Notes under the pieces: model-generated
What the model saw: only the letters and a program-made list of their open reading frames with translations
Told to the model about the DNA's origin: nothing
Databases searched by the model: none
Made by a program: the position numbers and the translations under genes
Shown here: in pieces, positions 38,846-52,343 of the stretch
Numbering within the stretch: the first letter of the stretch is position 1
Layout of the letters: the number at the start of each line of letters is the position of its first letter
Assembly (NCBI GenBank): GCA_963514005.1
Contig: OY740797.1
Span: 15,128,001 to 15,192,000, forward strand
Length of the DNA stretch: 64,000 nt
Direction of reading: 5' to 3'
Source: Raja brachyura
Lineage: Eukaryota

Positions 38846-40210
38846 CATGATCAATGTATGAGAAGGAGGTAAAGTAAAATTTGCGCATGGTTGTAGTGCC
38901 CACATTTCAAAGAGCTGGTATATATCAATTCATACTTTGAGAGGAGTGAACTTCCATCTGATCCAGGTACTAAAGGATGTGGGATGGGAGTGTTGAAGTC
39001 TCACGTGAAACAGTACCAGCTACAAACTACTGGCTTCAAGGGAGAGTTGGAGAGGATAAGGGCAAGGGTAATTTCCTGAAGAAAACTGGCAGAGAATCAG
39101 TAAAACAAAACTTGAAGAGTGTGGAGTGATAGTTTGCAACATGTGTTACAAATAGATGGTGCATTACTTTCTATGATTCCTCAAAGCAAGTTCCCTATCT
39201 CCTGCAAGATCTCATCTGTATCAAAGGTACCAAGGGAGAATGAAGAGGCAAGCCTTGATAGCACTGTGGTGCAACATGGATCAAAACAAAATATAATAGG
39301 ATTCTGATATTTTTCCTTCTCCAAAAAGAGGAGAGGGGAGAGGAGAAATAATTTTACACAGTAAGTTACAATGATCTGGAGTGCTTGCCTGAAAAGGGCG
39401 GTGGAAGCAATTCTACAATATTGTACAAAAAGTGAATTGGACACATACTTGGAAAAGGTGTATAAGATCATTGGGCAGGTGAGACTAATTGGCCAGGTTC
39501 TGCAGATTGTTGGTCAGGCACAGCAAGTTGAATGACCTTTGTGTAAGGTTGCAAGATGCTGAGCAGGAATGATATCCTCAAAGGCAGCATCGCTCAGTTA
39601 AACAGTAAAATGAAGAATGTGGTGTGGAGAGATATCTAAATTGATAGCAATGTAATTTCATTAGCATCTTATACATGAGGTCTAAAAGATAAATAAGCCA
39701 AAACTACAATTAATAATTTCTAACAATAAATTTTTGATAACTGATATATAATTTATCCAAGAACTTATACCAGAAGGGAAGGTACCATTTTGGGGATACA
39801 TTTATGTGGTTGTGTGCAATTCATTAAAATGAATTACAACCTCTGCTTACATCCTTGTGATCCGACTAGCATTGGCTTACCGTCACGGAAAGAACTCTCT
39901 TCTTTCTTACAATTACAAGGTCATAAAACAACCAAGAGCAAACAAGGATACTATACAGTGAGCTGTAACAATGGATTGTATACTTACAAATTTCGCTCAT
40001 GAAGAAGTATAAAACATAATCAATTCCTGTTCTCAATCAAATACAAAATCACTTCAAAATAAAAGAGTAGCTCTTAGTGCACTGAGGGTAATAAAATGAA
40101 AGTAGTTGTAACAACAGGTTTGTGATTTCCCGCTTAACTCTAAAGATTCAATTGAACAAGGCAAGAGTCTCCAAAAACTCGTAAAAAATCAAATTTTAAA
40201 CAAAGAAATT

Positions 40211-40216
40211 TTTATT
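40211..40216 (-). terminator. Candidate NUP93 polyadenylation signal
   Basis: AATAAA about 93 nt downstream of the stop codon. Confidence 0.5.
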
Positions 40217-40308
40217 TCCAATCTGAAAAATACAAAATGAACTCTGACTATAAAATTACATGACTCCATTGGTTTACTGTTCCAATGTGAAAACCCTCCT
40301 AAAGCGTG

Positions 40309-40545
<237 letters not shown>

Positions 40546-41239
40546 TTATTAAAAAGTAAATTAGATGGATGCATCCACAAATGTTAGTTAATCCAATATC
40601 ATTACTAATATGAATGACTGAGCAGGCTTGCCTATTCATATCAAAGATGAAAGTCATCGTGTAACACATTCATCAACTTGCTACTAGAGGATGATGGAAC
40701 CCTGAAGAAAAAAACTGACTCCTCTCCCTGTCACTAAAAGTATATTCATAGTTTTGAGAAAAGAGCACAAGTACTAAATTAAAAAAACCCTGCCAGGGTA
40801 AATATTACTGCCAACATCACTGTATAAGTCGAAAAATCTGGATTCAGTCAAAAATGTCATGTATGGAGTGCAAACAGTATTCACTTCTTACGCTTTGTGT
40901 TTAAAGTTTCTGCAGGATACTGAACAAATTAAGAAGCATATATATGTTTTAAAATGGAAATATATAAATTTACAGTAAAATAAGAGATTTCCCAGAAGGC
41001 CTAAGCTTAATTATATTCCTTTAAACCTTGCCATAAATTTCATTTTTTATATCTCACCAATAAAACTCCACTCTCTCCTCTATACTTCCATGAAACATTG
41101 CGTGTAAAAATAAACTATATGAGCCTTATAAATCCTCAAAGTCTGAGATGCTTCTATTACAAATCTTAAAACATTTTGGGTGGGGGGAATGGTGTCCATT
41201 GTTGCCACTGTACGGTATTATCAATGTATGCAGTTGTAA

Positions 41240-41393
41240 AAAAAGAACTGCAGACGACCGTTAATACACAAAAGGACACAAAGTGCTGGAGTAACTCAAC
41301 AGGTCAGGCAACATCTCCAGAGAACATGGATAGGTGACATTGGGACCCTTCTTCGGATTGATTCAGTTTGCCGAGTTACTCCAGCACTTTGTG
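41240..41393. mobile_element. Fold-back Penelope-like mini-element with decayed core
   Basis: ACACAAAGTGCTGGAGTAACTC ... GAGTTACTCCAGCACTTTGTGT inverted arms. Confidence 0.65.
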
Positions 41394-42172
41394 TTGATCC
41401 ACCTGAAAACGAGATACTGATGCCATTGGTCTGCACCAGCAAGCCCTTCTTTGCCAGTTACTGCACGATCCGGTTGACGCGGCTGTTGTTGCAGCTCGTG
41501 TTGTACCCCTGCCGTCAGCTCTTTCCTCAGCCCACTGCCAATGGCAAGACTCGTTCTGTCACCGTGGGGCTCCCTCCCCTCTCACCAGCTGTTGCCTCTT
41601 CCTGTTGGCCGCTTTGTCCGCTCTCAACGCAACTGCTGCCTCCTCCTCCTCCTCCTCCTCCTCTCTCCCTCGCAATCGCCGAGATGTTCCAAGGTGGAGT
41701 ATGAGGTGGGGAATGAGGCCGAGTGGACAGAGGCCAAGATGAGAGGAGGAGGCTGCAGTGGAGTAGTCAAAGCGGCGGCCAACAGCAGCAGCTGGTAAGA
41801 GGTGAGGGAGCCCCACAGTAACCGAGTGCGTCCTGTTGGGGGCGGCAGCCTGAAGAAAGTACTGTCCCCAGGGGCTACATGATGAGCTGCAATAACATCC
41901 ACGCCAACCAGACTAAGTGAAAAGTGAAGGGTGAAGCAGGACTCGCTGGTTCACTCTACAAGCCAGGGGGTGGTATTGGAAACCGGGGCTGTAAGTGGCT
42001 GGGGAGGCGGTGAGAGCTGGGGGACGCGTGGGCAGATCCATCCGTGATAACTGAAATGTGTCATAAAGGGTATGTTAAAACAAGGGTTTACTGTATATGT
42101 TCATGCAGTTGGCACATTTCAGCATTTCAAAACAGTTCTCAAATGACAATAGGTCACTTAATAAATTCTTAC

Positions 42173-42301
42173 TGAGTCTCTGTCCTCCATTGCGCGCTGA
42201 GGTCTCACAGGTGTGGCTGGGCCTGTACCCTTCAACCTTTTATACTGGGTGAACAGAATATTCATGGTGGCAAGCAATACTTCAGACAGGTTGTGTCTAA
42301 T
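42173..42301 (-). CDS. NUP93: NUP93 exon 21
   Basis: [43 protein letters not shown]; CAG/GTAAGA; 129 nt. Confidence 0.94.
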
Positions 42302-43049
42302 CTGTATAGCAAAGAATTGCTCATTAGTGTTGTCAATAATTAGTGAACAATCTCCACTAACCTTGTACTCCAAGCAAATGTAACTTATGTAAATGCTGCA
42401 GACAACTAACAATTTGTTTTTCATTTACAGAGGCAACACTGACCATCACAGACCATTTTAATGACTATGCTTAATTGTGGCTTGTTGTAACGCCAGATTT
42501 CGCTGAATGAGCCCATTGTCAAATCTGGACCCACGAGTGCATCAGCAAATCCCTGACTCAGCGTATGTGCCAAGTCTGGGTCAATGGCTGAAAGTTGGAG
42601 GCTTCCTTTGGAACTGCTGGGCACAGCCAGCAAGATGTAGCCCTCGTTTTAAAAACAACCTTCAAATTCATTTTAACACAAGCACTGGTGTTAGTTTTTG
42701 ATTAAAAAAACACATTAAGTTGCCTGTCAATGGAAATAAAAATCTAAATGGGGAAGATGTGAAACCTGTTTATTTGTGTCCTTGATCGTTTTTCACTTTA
42801 CCTTTGCAAAGAGAAGATTGGTGTTTTGACCCAGAAGAGATCTTTAAAATTTGTCTTCTATACTTTTGCACAAGTCTAGTCCAAATTTCATTTGCAGGAG
42901 GGCTCTTTGCATTAATTTCGTAGCATCAGGCCAGAAATACACTCGGTTTATTTACTGTGCTACCACATAATGACAAGCTAAAATTTTGCATCATTAAAGA
43001 TTATACACAAAAGTATTTAACTACACCAATTGCTCCTAAGATATCTTAC

Positions 43050-43133
43050 CTCATCACTGAAATTTTTGAAAGCTGTAACTCTCTCCTCAACACTCTCCTG
43101 ACTCAGTGGCACAAGTTTCAGTTTTTCCATAAT
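43050..43133 (-). CDS. NUP93: NUP93 exon 20
   Basis: [28 protein letters not shown]; TAG/GTAAGA; 84 nt. Confidence 0.94.
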
Positions 43134-43711
43134 CTAAATGGGGAAAATGAAACAGATAAGACAGGGCATTGTAAGAATCATATATATTACGGTCCTGTAT
43201 TTTAAGCTGAAAACGTTTGAGGAAGACCCACAGCATCGGATGCTGAAATCAGAAATAATAAGCTAATAGAGCTGGCAAGTCAAACAGTGATGCTATGTTT
43301 GAGATAGGAATGCAAGCAATTATAACATTTATTTGTCCCCTCAATTTTGTTCTGTTATTTAATGACTTTTATAGGATCATGACCACTGTACACTGAAAAA
43401 GGAAAGAAAGCTGTGGTAAAATAGTGTTCATTTTATGGCTTAAAAGAAAAATGCCTATCACGGTGGTATTTGATCAACATTACAATCAAATAAATTGTAA
43501 CGTTAAGCATTGCAACACGAGCTGCCATCCATGTGTGGAGGAGAAGAGCAAGTTACTGTTGTCTTCTTGCACTGTTATTGAATCAATTTCCTAACCAATG
43601 CTTCCAGTGCTGCAAAGGTAAATAGCATCGAGACTCATTTCTGAAAGGAACGACAACAAAGGTGAGTAGAATTGACCATCTTTTAATGGAATGAAAGCAC
43701 AAGCAACTCAC

Positions 43712-43829
43712 GTCAATTGCTCTGTCAATGTTGCCAGAATGATACTCATCGAAGAAGGTAATCAGGTCCAGCAGAAGGTAAAAAGTACTGTCCAAGTTTT
43801 TTGCAGCAGTAATTCCCTGATTACGATAT
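43712..43829 (-). CDS. NUP93: NUP93 exon 19
   Basis: [39 protein letters not shown]; TAG/GTGAGT; 118 nt. Confidence 0.95.
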
Positions 43830-43899
43830 CTATTTAAAAAGAAAAAAAGACATTGAACAAAAACAATATCTATTACAAGTGACGTGGATTTCTTTATTT

Positions 43900-44251
43900 C
43901 ATGGATCACAAAAGGTCGTGAAACTCCAATGAGCCAATCAAAATGGCCGGTCAGCGAAGGAGATTGCCTGCAGCTGCCCTCGACTGCCTGTAAGTAAATA
44001 GCGACCCCACTCCACTGCACTACAAGTTAAAAAGACCCATGCCGACCAAATTTTACTTGCGGAAAATTTTTCAATATCCTGAAAAATATTCCGCGACCTG
44101 GCTGAGGCCGCGAGTAGGCGGGAACCTCCCTCGAGCATGAAGGAGCGTTCCAGCCACCTCATACGACCTTGTGTTGACCACTCTGCGAGTTTGAGTCCAG
44201 GGCAAACTCTTCTGAACTCGCATCTTAGGTCGCCCAATTGGGACAGGCCCT
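43900..44251. mobile_element. MITE fragment (Harbinger-like, same TIR family)
   Basis: Ends TTGGGACAGGCCCTTA; internal GAAAATTTTTCAATATCCTGAAAAAT resembles the family palindrome. Confidence 0.55.
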
Positions 44252-44419
44252 TAATTAAACTGACAGAACAAACAGCAAAGCATTTGTGAGGTAAAAAATA
44301 TATATATTTATGACGCGTGGTTACATTTTTAAAAGTGTATTTAAAATTAAGGCAGTCCCATTATGTTAACCTTGTGGAAAGATAAAGACAGATTTATTAG
44401 CAGGACCGGCGGTTCCTAC

Positions 44420-44538
44420 CTCTCAGCCACAGCAAGTGCCATGTTTTTCAGTCGTTCTTTGTTAGACTGGGGCGCACTGATTTGTGGTATCACAGGGCTC
44501 AATAATTTATTCATCAATTCCAGGACCTTATCTGGATT
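44420..44538 (-). CDS. NUP93: NUP93 exon 18
   Basis: [39 protein letters not shown]; CAG/GTAGGA; 119 nt. Confidence 0.95.
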
Positions 44539-45920
44539 CTGGAAAAAGAACACCGATGAATTGTTAAGTGCACCGATTATTTCAATTTCTGCACGCAAAA
44601 CTTGTCAGGCACAAGGTCCTTAAACAATATCAGCAACAATCAAAGTATCATGATATTTTGGGATAATAGCAAAGAAGCTCTTTTGGTAATTCATAGTGTT
44701 GTCGGGATATGGAATGATTCTTGCAATCCTAATCTTCCATACCTTGTGATTTGCAAATATGCCTTAAAACTTGCATTGGAATTTCAAATAGTGAGAATTT
44801 TCAGAGAGGTTGGTGCATACATGGAATACGCTATCAGATGAAGTAATAGTGGAATAGCAGAAGTAAAAGTTATGACATTTAAGAGACACATGAAAAGGAA
44901 AGGTTGGAGGGATGTAGGCCAGGTGCAGCCAAGTGGAATTAGCTCGATTAGGTACCTTGATCGGCATGGATGAATTGGGCCGAATGGCCCCTTTCCACGC
45001 CGTTGACTCCGCGACCGTTTCACTTAACACTTGCACTTGATCCCCCAACGACTGAGGGAACTCCCTCTTGCTAACTGTTTTAACTCCATTTCAAATTCCC
45101 ATTCCTGACCTTTCTGTCCTGGACTTCCCACATTGCTATTGACCATTTCAATAGACTCCTATTCCCTGTAAATTTGAGGTCTTCCAAAACTAAGCTGCCC
45201 ACATCTTGTAGAGGCTTCATAACTCATTCGCACATTCATGCCCTCTTGCTTGGTGACCCAGAATTGTTTCTGGTTAATCTGAAGCATTATCTTTAAATTC
45301 TTGTTCTATTTTCCAAACCCTTCAATAGTCTTGCTCCTCACTGCCTCTGGTCTTCACCCATTAGCCTTTGGAGATATCTGCTCACACAGTCCTGGGCTCC
45401 AGAGAACGCCAGAGATGATTGTTGTACTTCTGCCACCCATGCCCAAGGTGTCAAAGCCCTAGATTCTGGAGATCCCGACAAAAATCTCTGCCGCTCTTTT
45501 CTCCTGCATGAGGCTGAAAAACAACCTCATTTGTCATCATTCTCTCCATGTGTTATTAAAATCAAAATCAGTTGAGTTGGGGTGCTAATGCTATGTTAAA
45601 TTTATGAGTCATTCGTTTTGTTATATAATTCCTTAAGGAAACTAGGACGGTCAAAACCACTCACTGCAGAGTCTGAATTTACTTTCCAACTTTGTTGCCC
45701 TCAGCTTAAAAACGCAATACGTAGAATATTCACGGAGCCAAGAGATGTAAAACTAAATGCACCCATGATTCTGGAACGCACATGTTTCATAAAATAAATT
45801 ACAATTTTTTACAGTTCAAAATATATCCAAATCATTTCAATTGTACCATAATCTAAATGTAGTTTGGAACAAAATGGTACCACACATGTACAGGTTGGTA
45901 TTTAATAGTTTCTTGCTTAC

Positions 45921-46037
45921 CTTGGCCAGATCGTAAAGCTTCACTGCATCTTCAAACAGGCCCTTATTTTCAGCTATTGACGCCACCTTATTGATTACAG
46001 CTCTCGTGTTTCCCCTAAACTTGTCAATTAAGCCAGG
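45921..46037 (-). CDS. NUP93: NUP93 exon 17
   Basis: [39 protein letters not shown]; CAG/GTAAGC; 117 nt. Confidence 0.95.
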
Positions 46038-46092
46038 CTGGTCAGAAGAAGAGAATTGTTTCAGTTAAGTAAATGGTATTCTATATCTTGCA

Positions 46093-46185
46093 CCACACTC
46101 ACATAGCCTGTGCATCACTTACATAGCCTGTGTCTCACACTTACATAGCCTGTGCATCACACTTACATAGCCTGTGCATCACACT
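46093..46185. repeat. Minisatellite, about 4 copies of a ~20-22 nt unit
   Basis: Repeats of CACTTACATAGCCTGTGCATCA. Confidence 0.85.
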
Positions 46186-47061
46186 AACATTACAGTGCAA
46201 AACGAGAGTGCCCTGTAGAATGTGCTTTGCTTTCTCACTCTCTCTAATCTTTGAAAAACATGAACACGAGACACTACAAATGGCTATGACATCAGATAAC
46301 ATTCCAGCTACAGCACTAACTATGCGTTCAAACACTTATAAAATGTCAACCTTAATCATCTAATAGCACATAAATATTATTTTCTGTAAAGCTTGAAAGT
46401 ATTCGCAGTGAGAACATCTTTTACTCAGTACCAACATTACCTATAAACAGCAAGGCTCAAAATGCACCTTTGGATCAATGGACCAATGCAGCAAAGTGCA
46501 TAAACCTGTGCATTACAGGACAGTGAATTTCCAAAATTCGGTCACTGGTCTGTGTTGCATTTGCTGAGCCCAACCATTAAGCTCAACATTTCTAAGTATT
46601 GCTGCTATTTGCACTATCACAGAAATAGCATTTCTCAGTATTGCTGCTATTTTTTGTATGCGAGAGATGGGATATGATTACAGAAAGACATTCAGGATAC
46701 CATAAACATATTTGAGATGATGGGGATTAGAGCGGGACAACATATAGAAACGTCTACTGTGACCAGACGCGATGCTCACTGATGCTTAATAATCAGGCTC
46801 ACTCAATAACCTGAACATGTAAATGAACCCTAATGTCTGCCTTTATAGTACCAGTAAAGGGAGAAAAGAATCACTTTCACAGAAAAGCAGAATCCAGACA
46901 GAAGCCTTGATTTTGGAAGTTGCATTCACATCTGCAAGTTACACAAAATAATTTACTGGAACATCGGCTTATACATCATTAAAAGGAAGCAGGATTCACA
47001 CTTTAAATTAAATCTTTTCAAAGGCAGAAAATGCCTTTAGTGAAAGCAAATTCTAGGTCAC

Positions 47062-47106
47062 CTTTCTACTGCCATCTTTCTCCAATCGTCCAAGTAGCAT
47101 GTCAAA
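47062..47106 (-). CDS. NUP93: NUP93 exon 16
   Basis: FDMLLGRLEKDGSRK; CAG/GTGACC; 45 nt. Confidence 0.93.
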
Positions 47107-47195
47107 CTGGAAATGAAAAGATCAGTTTAAAATTATAAAAATGTTATCTACCACGCGACATAGTTCTGCAGTATGTCTGTTGGTGTAATGCTTAC

Positions 47196-47268
47196 CTCTC
47201 GACTTTCAATGACAAGCTCACTGACACATCTCATGAATATGTTTTCCCCTTGATTGTCAGTCTCATTT
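47196..47268 (-). CDS. NUP93: NUP93 exon 15
   Basis: [24 protein letters not shown]; CAG/GTAAGC; 73 nt. Confidence 0.94.
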
Positions 47269-47849
47269 CTGTAAGGGACAAGTTAATTGAAATAAATCTC
47301 GATCTAAATGTGACAAATGACTTGCAGACAATATTGTGCAGATTGGAAAGCCATTTCTAGCTGCTCGCTCCTCATCCTCAGCAGTTTGTCTGGCATGGTT
47401 TAATTGATAATGGAATGCAGCTGGTCGAACTCCATCGCCCTGCTTCTGCAACCGAGTGCACATCATTCATTTACATCACTCTGGAGATGCTGCTTAATAA
47501 TTCAGTCGCCAGTCAAATCTTATAAAATATCTCCTTGAACCAGAACAAGTCTGAAATTTGGAAATCTGCATTCAGGAAAGAATCTGCTGAGTGACTGCAC
47601 TTACAATATTCACAATGTGCAGCATGTCATTTTTCACAAACATCATGTAAAGGCACAGATAATATCTTTTCCGTGATTGTCACCTCACATCAAGGTCGTG
47701 AGGCTCGCAAAGCATCAGTATCCGCACAGTTGGATGCTTCGAACCCTAAAATAGTCTTTCAAAAAATGAAAAGATATTATACACATAATGAATACATGTA
47801 AAATAATGCTTTGAAAGTTGGTTGTCATCTACAGTGGTTTGCAATTTCA

Positions 47850-48620
47850 AAAGCCTTTCTCTCTCTGTTTTTTTTGTACTGTTTCTAACTGTGTATATGT
47901 GGGGGGTGGGGAAAACTTTTAAAATCTCTTCCCTGCATGGGAGACCCGACCTTTTCCCTATCGGGTCTCCGTTGTCATTGGGGCCTAGCACCGTGGAGCA
48001 GCCTCCGACCGGGACGACCTGGGGGCTCCAGTCACAGAGCCTGCGGAGCTGCGGACTCACCGTCGTGGGGCTGGCCGGCCTCGGAGCGTGGCTCGCTGCT
48101 GCGGCCCGACTCCGGAGCTCCAGCTGCAGATTACTGCCGGTGGACTGTCGGGATATCGGGAGCTCGCGGGTCCGGGTGGGAGACTGCTCTCCAGAGCTCC
48201 CGCAACGCAACATCTCCCGCTCGTGTCGCGGGGTTGGAACGACCCGGAGCGGGGCCGTACATCGCCCGGCGCGGCTTTAATGGCCGCGGGACATTCCAGC
48301 GCCCGACTGGGACTCCAACTTTGTGACTTTTGGGTCTAGAGCGGGGCCGTACATCGCCAGGCGTGGCCTCAATGGTCGCGGGACTTAACATCGCCCGCCT
48401 GGGGCTTGGACATCGGGAGAAAAATGGTGTGGTGAGAGAGAAGACTTTGCCTTCCATTACAGTGAGGAGGAAATTCACTGTGATGGATGTTTGTGTAAAT
48501 TGAATTGTTTGTATGTTTTGTAGGAATTGTTTTGTTTGTATGGCTGTAGAAACAGAGTTTCGTTTGAGCCTCTCTGAGGTTCGAATGGCAAATAATAAAA
48601 TCTAATCTAATCTAATCTTA
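47850..48620 (+). mobile_element. CpG-rich retroposon-like insertion with internal tandem subrepeats and (TCTAA)n tail
   Basis: GAGCGGGGCCGTACATCGCC repeated (~48247, ~48339); ends AATAATAAAA(TCTAA)4. Confidence 0.55.
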
Positions 48621-48888
48621 ATTTACTACTCTGATCACATTACCACGTACATATGCTTGGATTTCCATTAAGTTCTGAATTCACCTTTATTATTCTGATT
48701 TATAATGACCCATCAGAATAAAGGCTTGCTTGCACATGTTGTACCCTTAAAAATTGTAAAATTAAATAATTTGCGATTTGAACATTTCATAATGTGATAC
48801 ATTACACTATTCAAACACAATATTCTGAAGGTTAAGAGGTCCCTGCATCTGAATTGACTCCGATTACAGAAGATATTTAGAATCTTAC

Positions 48889-49015
48889 CGGAGGAAATAA
48901 AAGTATTGGAGTGCTTCTCTGGGATCAGTGGGCTCAAATTTTCTGGTGTACAGCATGAGTAGACGGATGAAATTAAGACGTCGTACAGGACGGGGATCAG
49001 CGCTGTCTTGATTCA
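48889..49015 (-). CDS. NUP93: NUP93 exon 14
   Basis: [41 protein letters not shown]; CAG/GTAAGA; 127 nt. Confidence 0.95.
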
Positions 49016-49189
49016 CTGTCAGGGGTTACAAAAACAAATTATTAATGCTCAAAAATAACAGTCACACAGAAACAGTCTATACATTAAAATTACATTCCTT
49101 CTCATAAAAGAAAGATAGCATGCCTGCTCAAACATTGTGAAGAGATAATGCAAATCAGTCACAAAACACCATTTACTTCTGGATCTTGG

Positions 49190-50298
49190 GAAATCTAATT
49201 CTTCATACGTCAATGAATAAGTCATCAATCTCCCAGATGTACTGGAGGACAGATGATCTAAGGGGGTAGAGGAACTGAAATAAATTTTCATTAGGCGAGA
49301 AATAGTATTGGGTAGGCTGATGGGACTGAAGGATGATAAATCCCCTGGGCCTGATGGTCAGGCCCAGAGGGAATTAGGAGCAATACTAGCAAGTTTGCGG
49401 ATGACACAAAGCTGGGTGGCAGTGTGAACTGTGAAGAGAATGTTAGGAGGTTGCAGGGGGACCTGGACAGGTTGAGTGAGTGGGCAGATGCATAGGAGAT
49501 GCAGTATAATATAGATAAATGTGAGGTTATCCACTTTGGCGGCAAAAACAAGGGGGCAGATTATTATCTCAATGGGGTTAGGTTAGGCAAGGGGGAGGTG
49601 CAGCAAGACCTGGGCGTCCTTGTACACCAGTCACTGAAAGTTGGTGTGCAGGTACGGTAGGCAGTGAAGAAAGCTAATGGAATGTTGGCCTTCACAACAA
49701 GAGGATTTCAGTATAGGAGTAAAGAGGTTCTTCTGCAGTTGTATAGGGCTCTGGTGAGACCACATCTGGAGTATTGTGTCCAGTTTTGGTCTCCTAATTT
49801 GAGGAAGGACATCCTTGTGATTGAGGCAGTGCAGCGTAGGTTCACGAGATTGATCCCTGGGATGGCAGGACTGTCATATGAGGAAAGATTGAAAAGACTA
49901 GGCTTGTATTCACTGGAGTTTAGAAGGATCAGGGGGGATCTTACAGAAACATATAACATTATAAAAGGACTGGACAAGCTAGAAATAGGAAAAGTGTTCC
50001 CAATGTTGGGCAAGTCCAGAACCAGGGGCCACAGTCTTAGAATAAAGGGGAAGCCATTTAAGACTGAGGTGAGAAAAAACTTTTTCACCCAGAGAGTTGT
50101 GAATTTGTGGAATCCCCTACCACAGAGGGCAGTGGAGGCCAAGTCACTGGATGGATTTAAGAGAGTTAGATAGAGCTCTAGGGCCTAGTGGAATCAAGGG
50201 ATATGGGGAGAAGGCAGGCACGGGTTATTGATTGGGGACGATCAGCCATGATCACAATGAATGGTGGTGCTGGATCAAAGCTATATTCTATGTTTCTA
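49190..50298 (+). mobile_element. CR1 LINE fragment with internal deletion
   Basis: DKSPGPDG joined almost directly to SKFADDTKL, then an intact ORF2 C-terminus (ORF 49664-50173) and 3' UTR. Confidence 0.9.
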
Positions 50299-50810
50299 TA
50301 ATGCAGCAGCCCTGTAAGGTTATATGGGATCACACAGTACATATCTAAATGAACCAAGGTAACAACAAGGGATTAAGATGATGTCCCAATAACTAGTTAC
50401 AAATTCATGGTCTGAAACTGGAATCAAAGGCAAGCTATTCAATAGATTAGAGTAACAAGGATTGTTGTTTTTGTAAAGCACCGGAGGAATAATAATATGA
50501 GGTGACAATCAATCTACCCAATATTAGCACGGATAACCATGGGAAATTCTTCCAACTATGTGATTCACTTACTTATGTTTAAAATCAGAAGCGAACATCT
50601 TGAACAAAGTACCAATAATGTGAAAAATATTCAGAAAAACTGGTATAAGCAAGGTTAATTATACATAGACTGAAACTAGTTCATTCTTCTTAAGTTAATA
50701 AGTCATTTTCAACCCTAAACTAGATTTTCCAAAGACCGCACATTAAAACCAGACACGCTTCATTTGTCATCATGAAATAGTTTCAAATCGAACTTCACAC
50801 AGAACCTTAA

Positions 50811-51129
50811 AAGCCCTGTCCCACTGTACGAGTTATTTTAAGGGCTCTCCCGAGTTTAAAAAAAAACCCAAACTCGTGGTAAGCACGGAGAATGTACGTA
50901 GCGGGTACGTCAGAGCTCAGGGACATCTCTTAGCGGCTCGTAACGCTAACGGGAGGTACTCAGGAAACGCGGTAAGCTCGGGAAGACTCGTGAAGATTTT
51001 TCAACATGTTGAAAAATGTCCACGAGAGCCCTGAGTGCCTAAGAGCGGCCATTACCGTAAATCTCCGAGTTCGAATCAGGGCAAACTCGAGAGAACTCTT
51101 GAATGAACTCGTACAGTGGGATGGGGTTT
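50811..51129. mobile_element. MITE with TIRs (Harbinger-like)
   Basis: AAGCCCTGTCCCACTGTACGAGTT ... AACTCGTACAGTGGGATGGGGTTT; internal palindrome ATTTTTCAACATGTTGAAAAAT (50996-51017). Confidence 0.72.
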
Positions 51130-51439
51130 TTAGCTGGAACGTTGTACTGCTGCCATATATGTTTATATTGAAACCATTTGAAGGAATGTTTACACTGAGA
51201 ATGATGATTCGCAGAATACTTTCCCCTGGTAATAAAGTGAGACTACCGTGAATTCATTCAATTATTTCTAAAGTAAGCAATGGAGCTGCATAAACCGAGC
51301 TATTTAGTATTAATTCTTGTTCGGATGAGACAAACAAGCATGAGTTCCGCAAAGTGAATCTAAAATCCGTTAAGTACGCCATATACAAATATCAATATCA
51401 AGTGTAGAGAATTTGTTTGTTTGTGACTGCTCCTAAATG

Positions 51440-51722
51440 CTCCCGATGTTGGGGGAGTCCAGAACCATTTAGAACAGGGATGAGAAAAAACTTTTTAACC
51501 CAGAGAATTGTGAATCTGTGGAATTCTCTGCCTCAGAAGGCAGTGCAGGCCAATTCTCTGGATGCTTTCAAGAGAGAGTTAGATAGAGCTTCTATAGATA
51601 GCTGAGTCAGGGATACGATGAGAAGGCAGGAACGGGGTACTGATGTGGATGATCAGCCATGATCAGTGAATGGCGATGCTGGATCGAAGGGCCGAATGGC
51701 CTACTCCTGCACCTATTGTCTA
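51440..51722 (+). mobile_element. CR1 LINE 3' fragment
   Basis: NLWNSLPQKAVQANSLDAFKRELDRA and 3' UTR. Confidence 0.82.
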
Positions 51723-52343
51723 AATTTAATGACTTACAAATGTAGGTTTTAATGCTCAGAAAGCACAAGCTGAGGTAAAGTCCTGCCTTCATCTCAGACC
51801 CCGTCCATCATTGAATTATGCTATATTCGACAGACTTCAAGAAGAAAACTTTGAATCCATGAGGTACCATGATGTAAAAGTAACAGCGGCAATAGAACTG
51901 TTTTCCTCCACAATCCATAATGTTCTGGCATGCCCTATCCTCACTCTATTATTGTTATACTGGACCATCCCCAAACTGGTTAGTACTCTTGGTAGTATCT
52001 ACGACTGCAGGGCCTAAAGATAACGTTCGTAAAGTCACTGCATGTTAAGCAAAAAAAGCAGGCCTGTCATCCAACAACTAACAAGTGCGATTAACATTTT
52101 ATAGTTTTACCACATCCTTTAGGAAATGCTAGTGGATAATCCTATAGCTAATAACAATAGGAGGCTCCACGAGCATCCACATCCAGAGTATTGAAAGTAT
52201 ATCCCCAGCAACTATGACCCACTATTCATTTGTGTTGGGATAAACTTTGATTTTGCAGAATTATTGTCTGGTTACCTGGTATCAGTTATTATTAATTTAT
52301 TGTATATTTGTTGGGGTTTTACTTGTGTTAACCAATCTAAAAA

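Noticed and set aside
41559-41902. Poly-Glu, poly-Arg and poly-Pro ORFs
   Set aside because: Translations of a (CCT)n microsatellite in all frames
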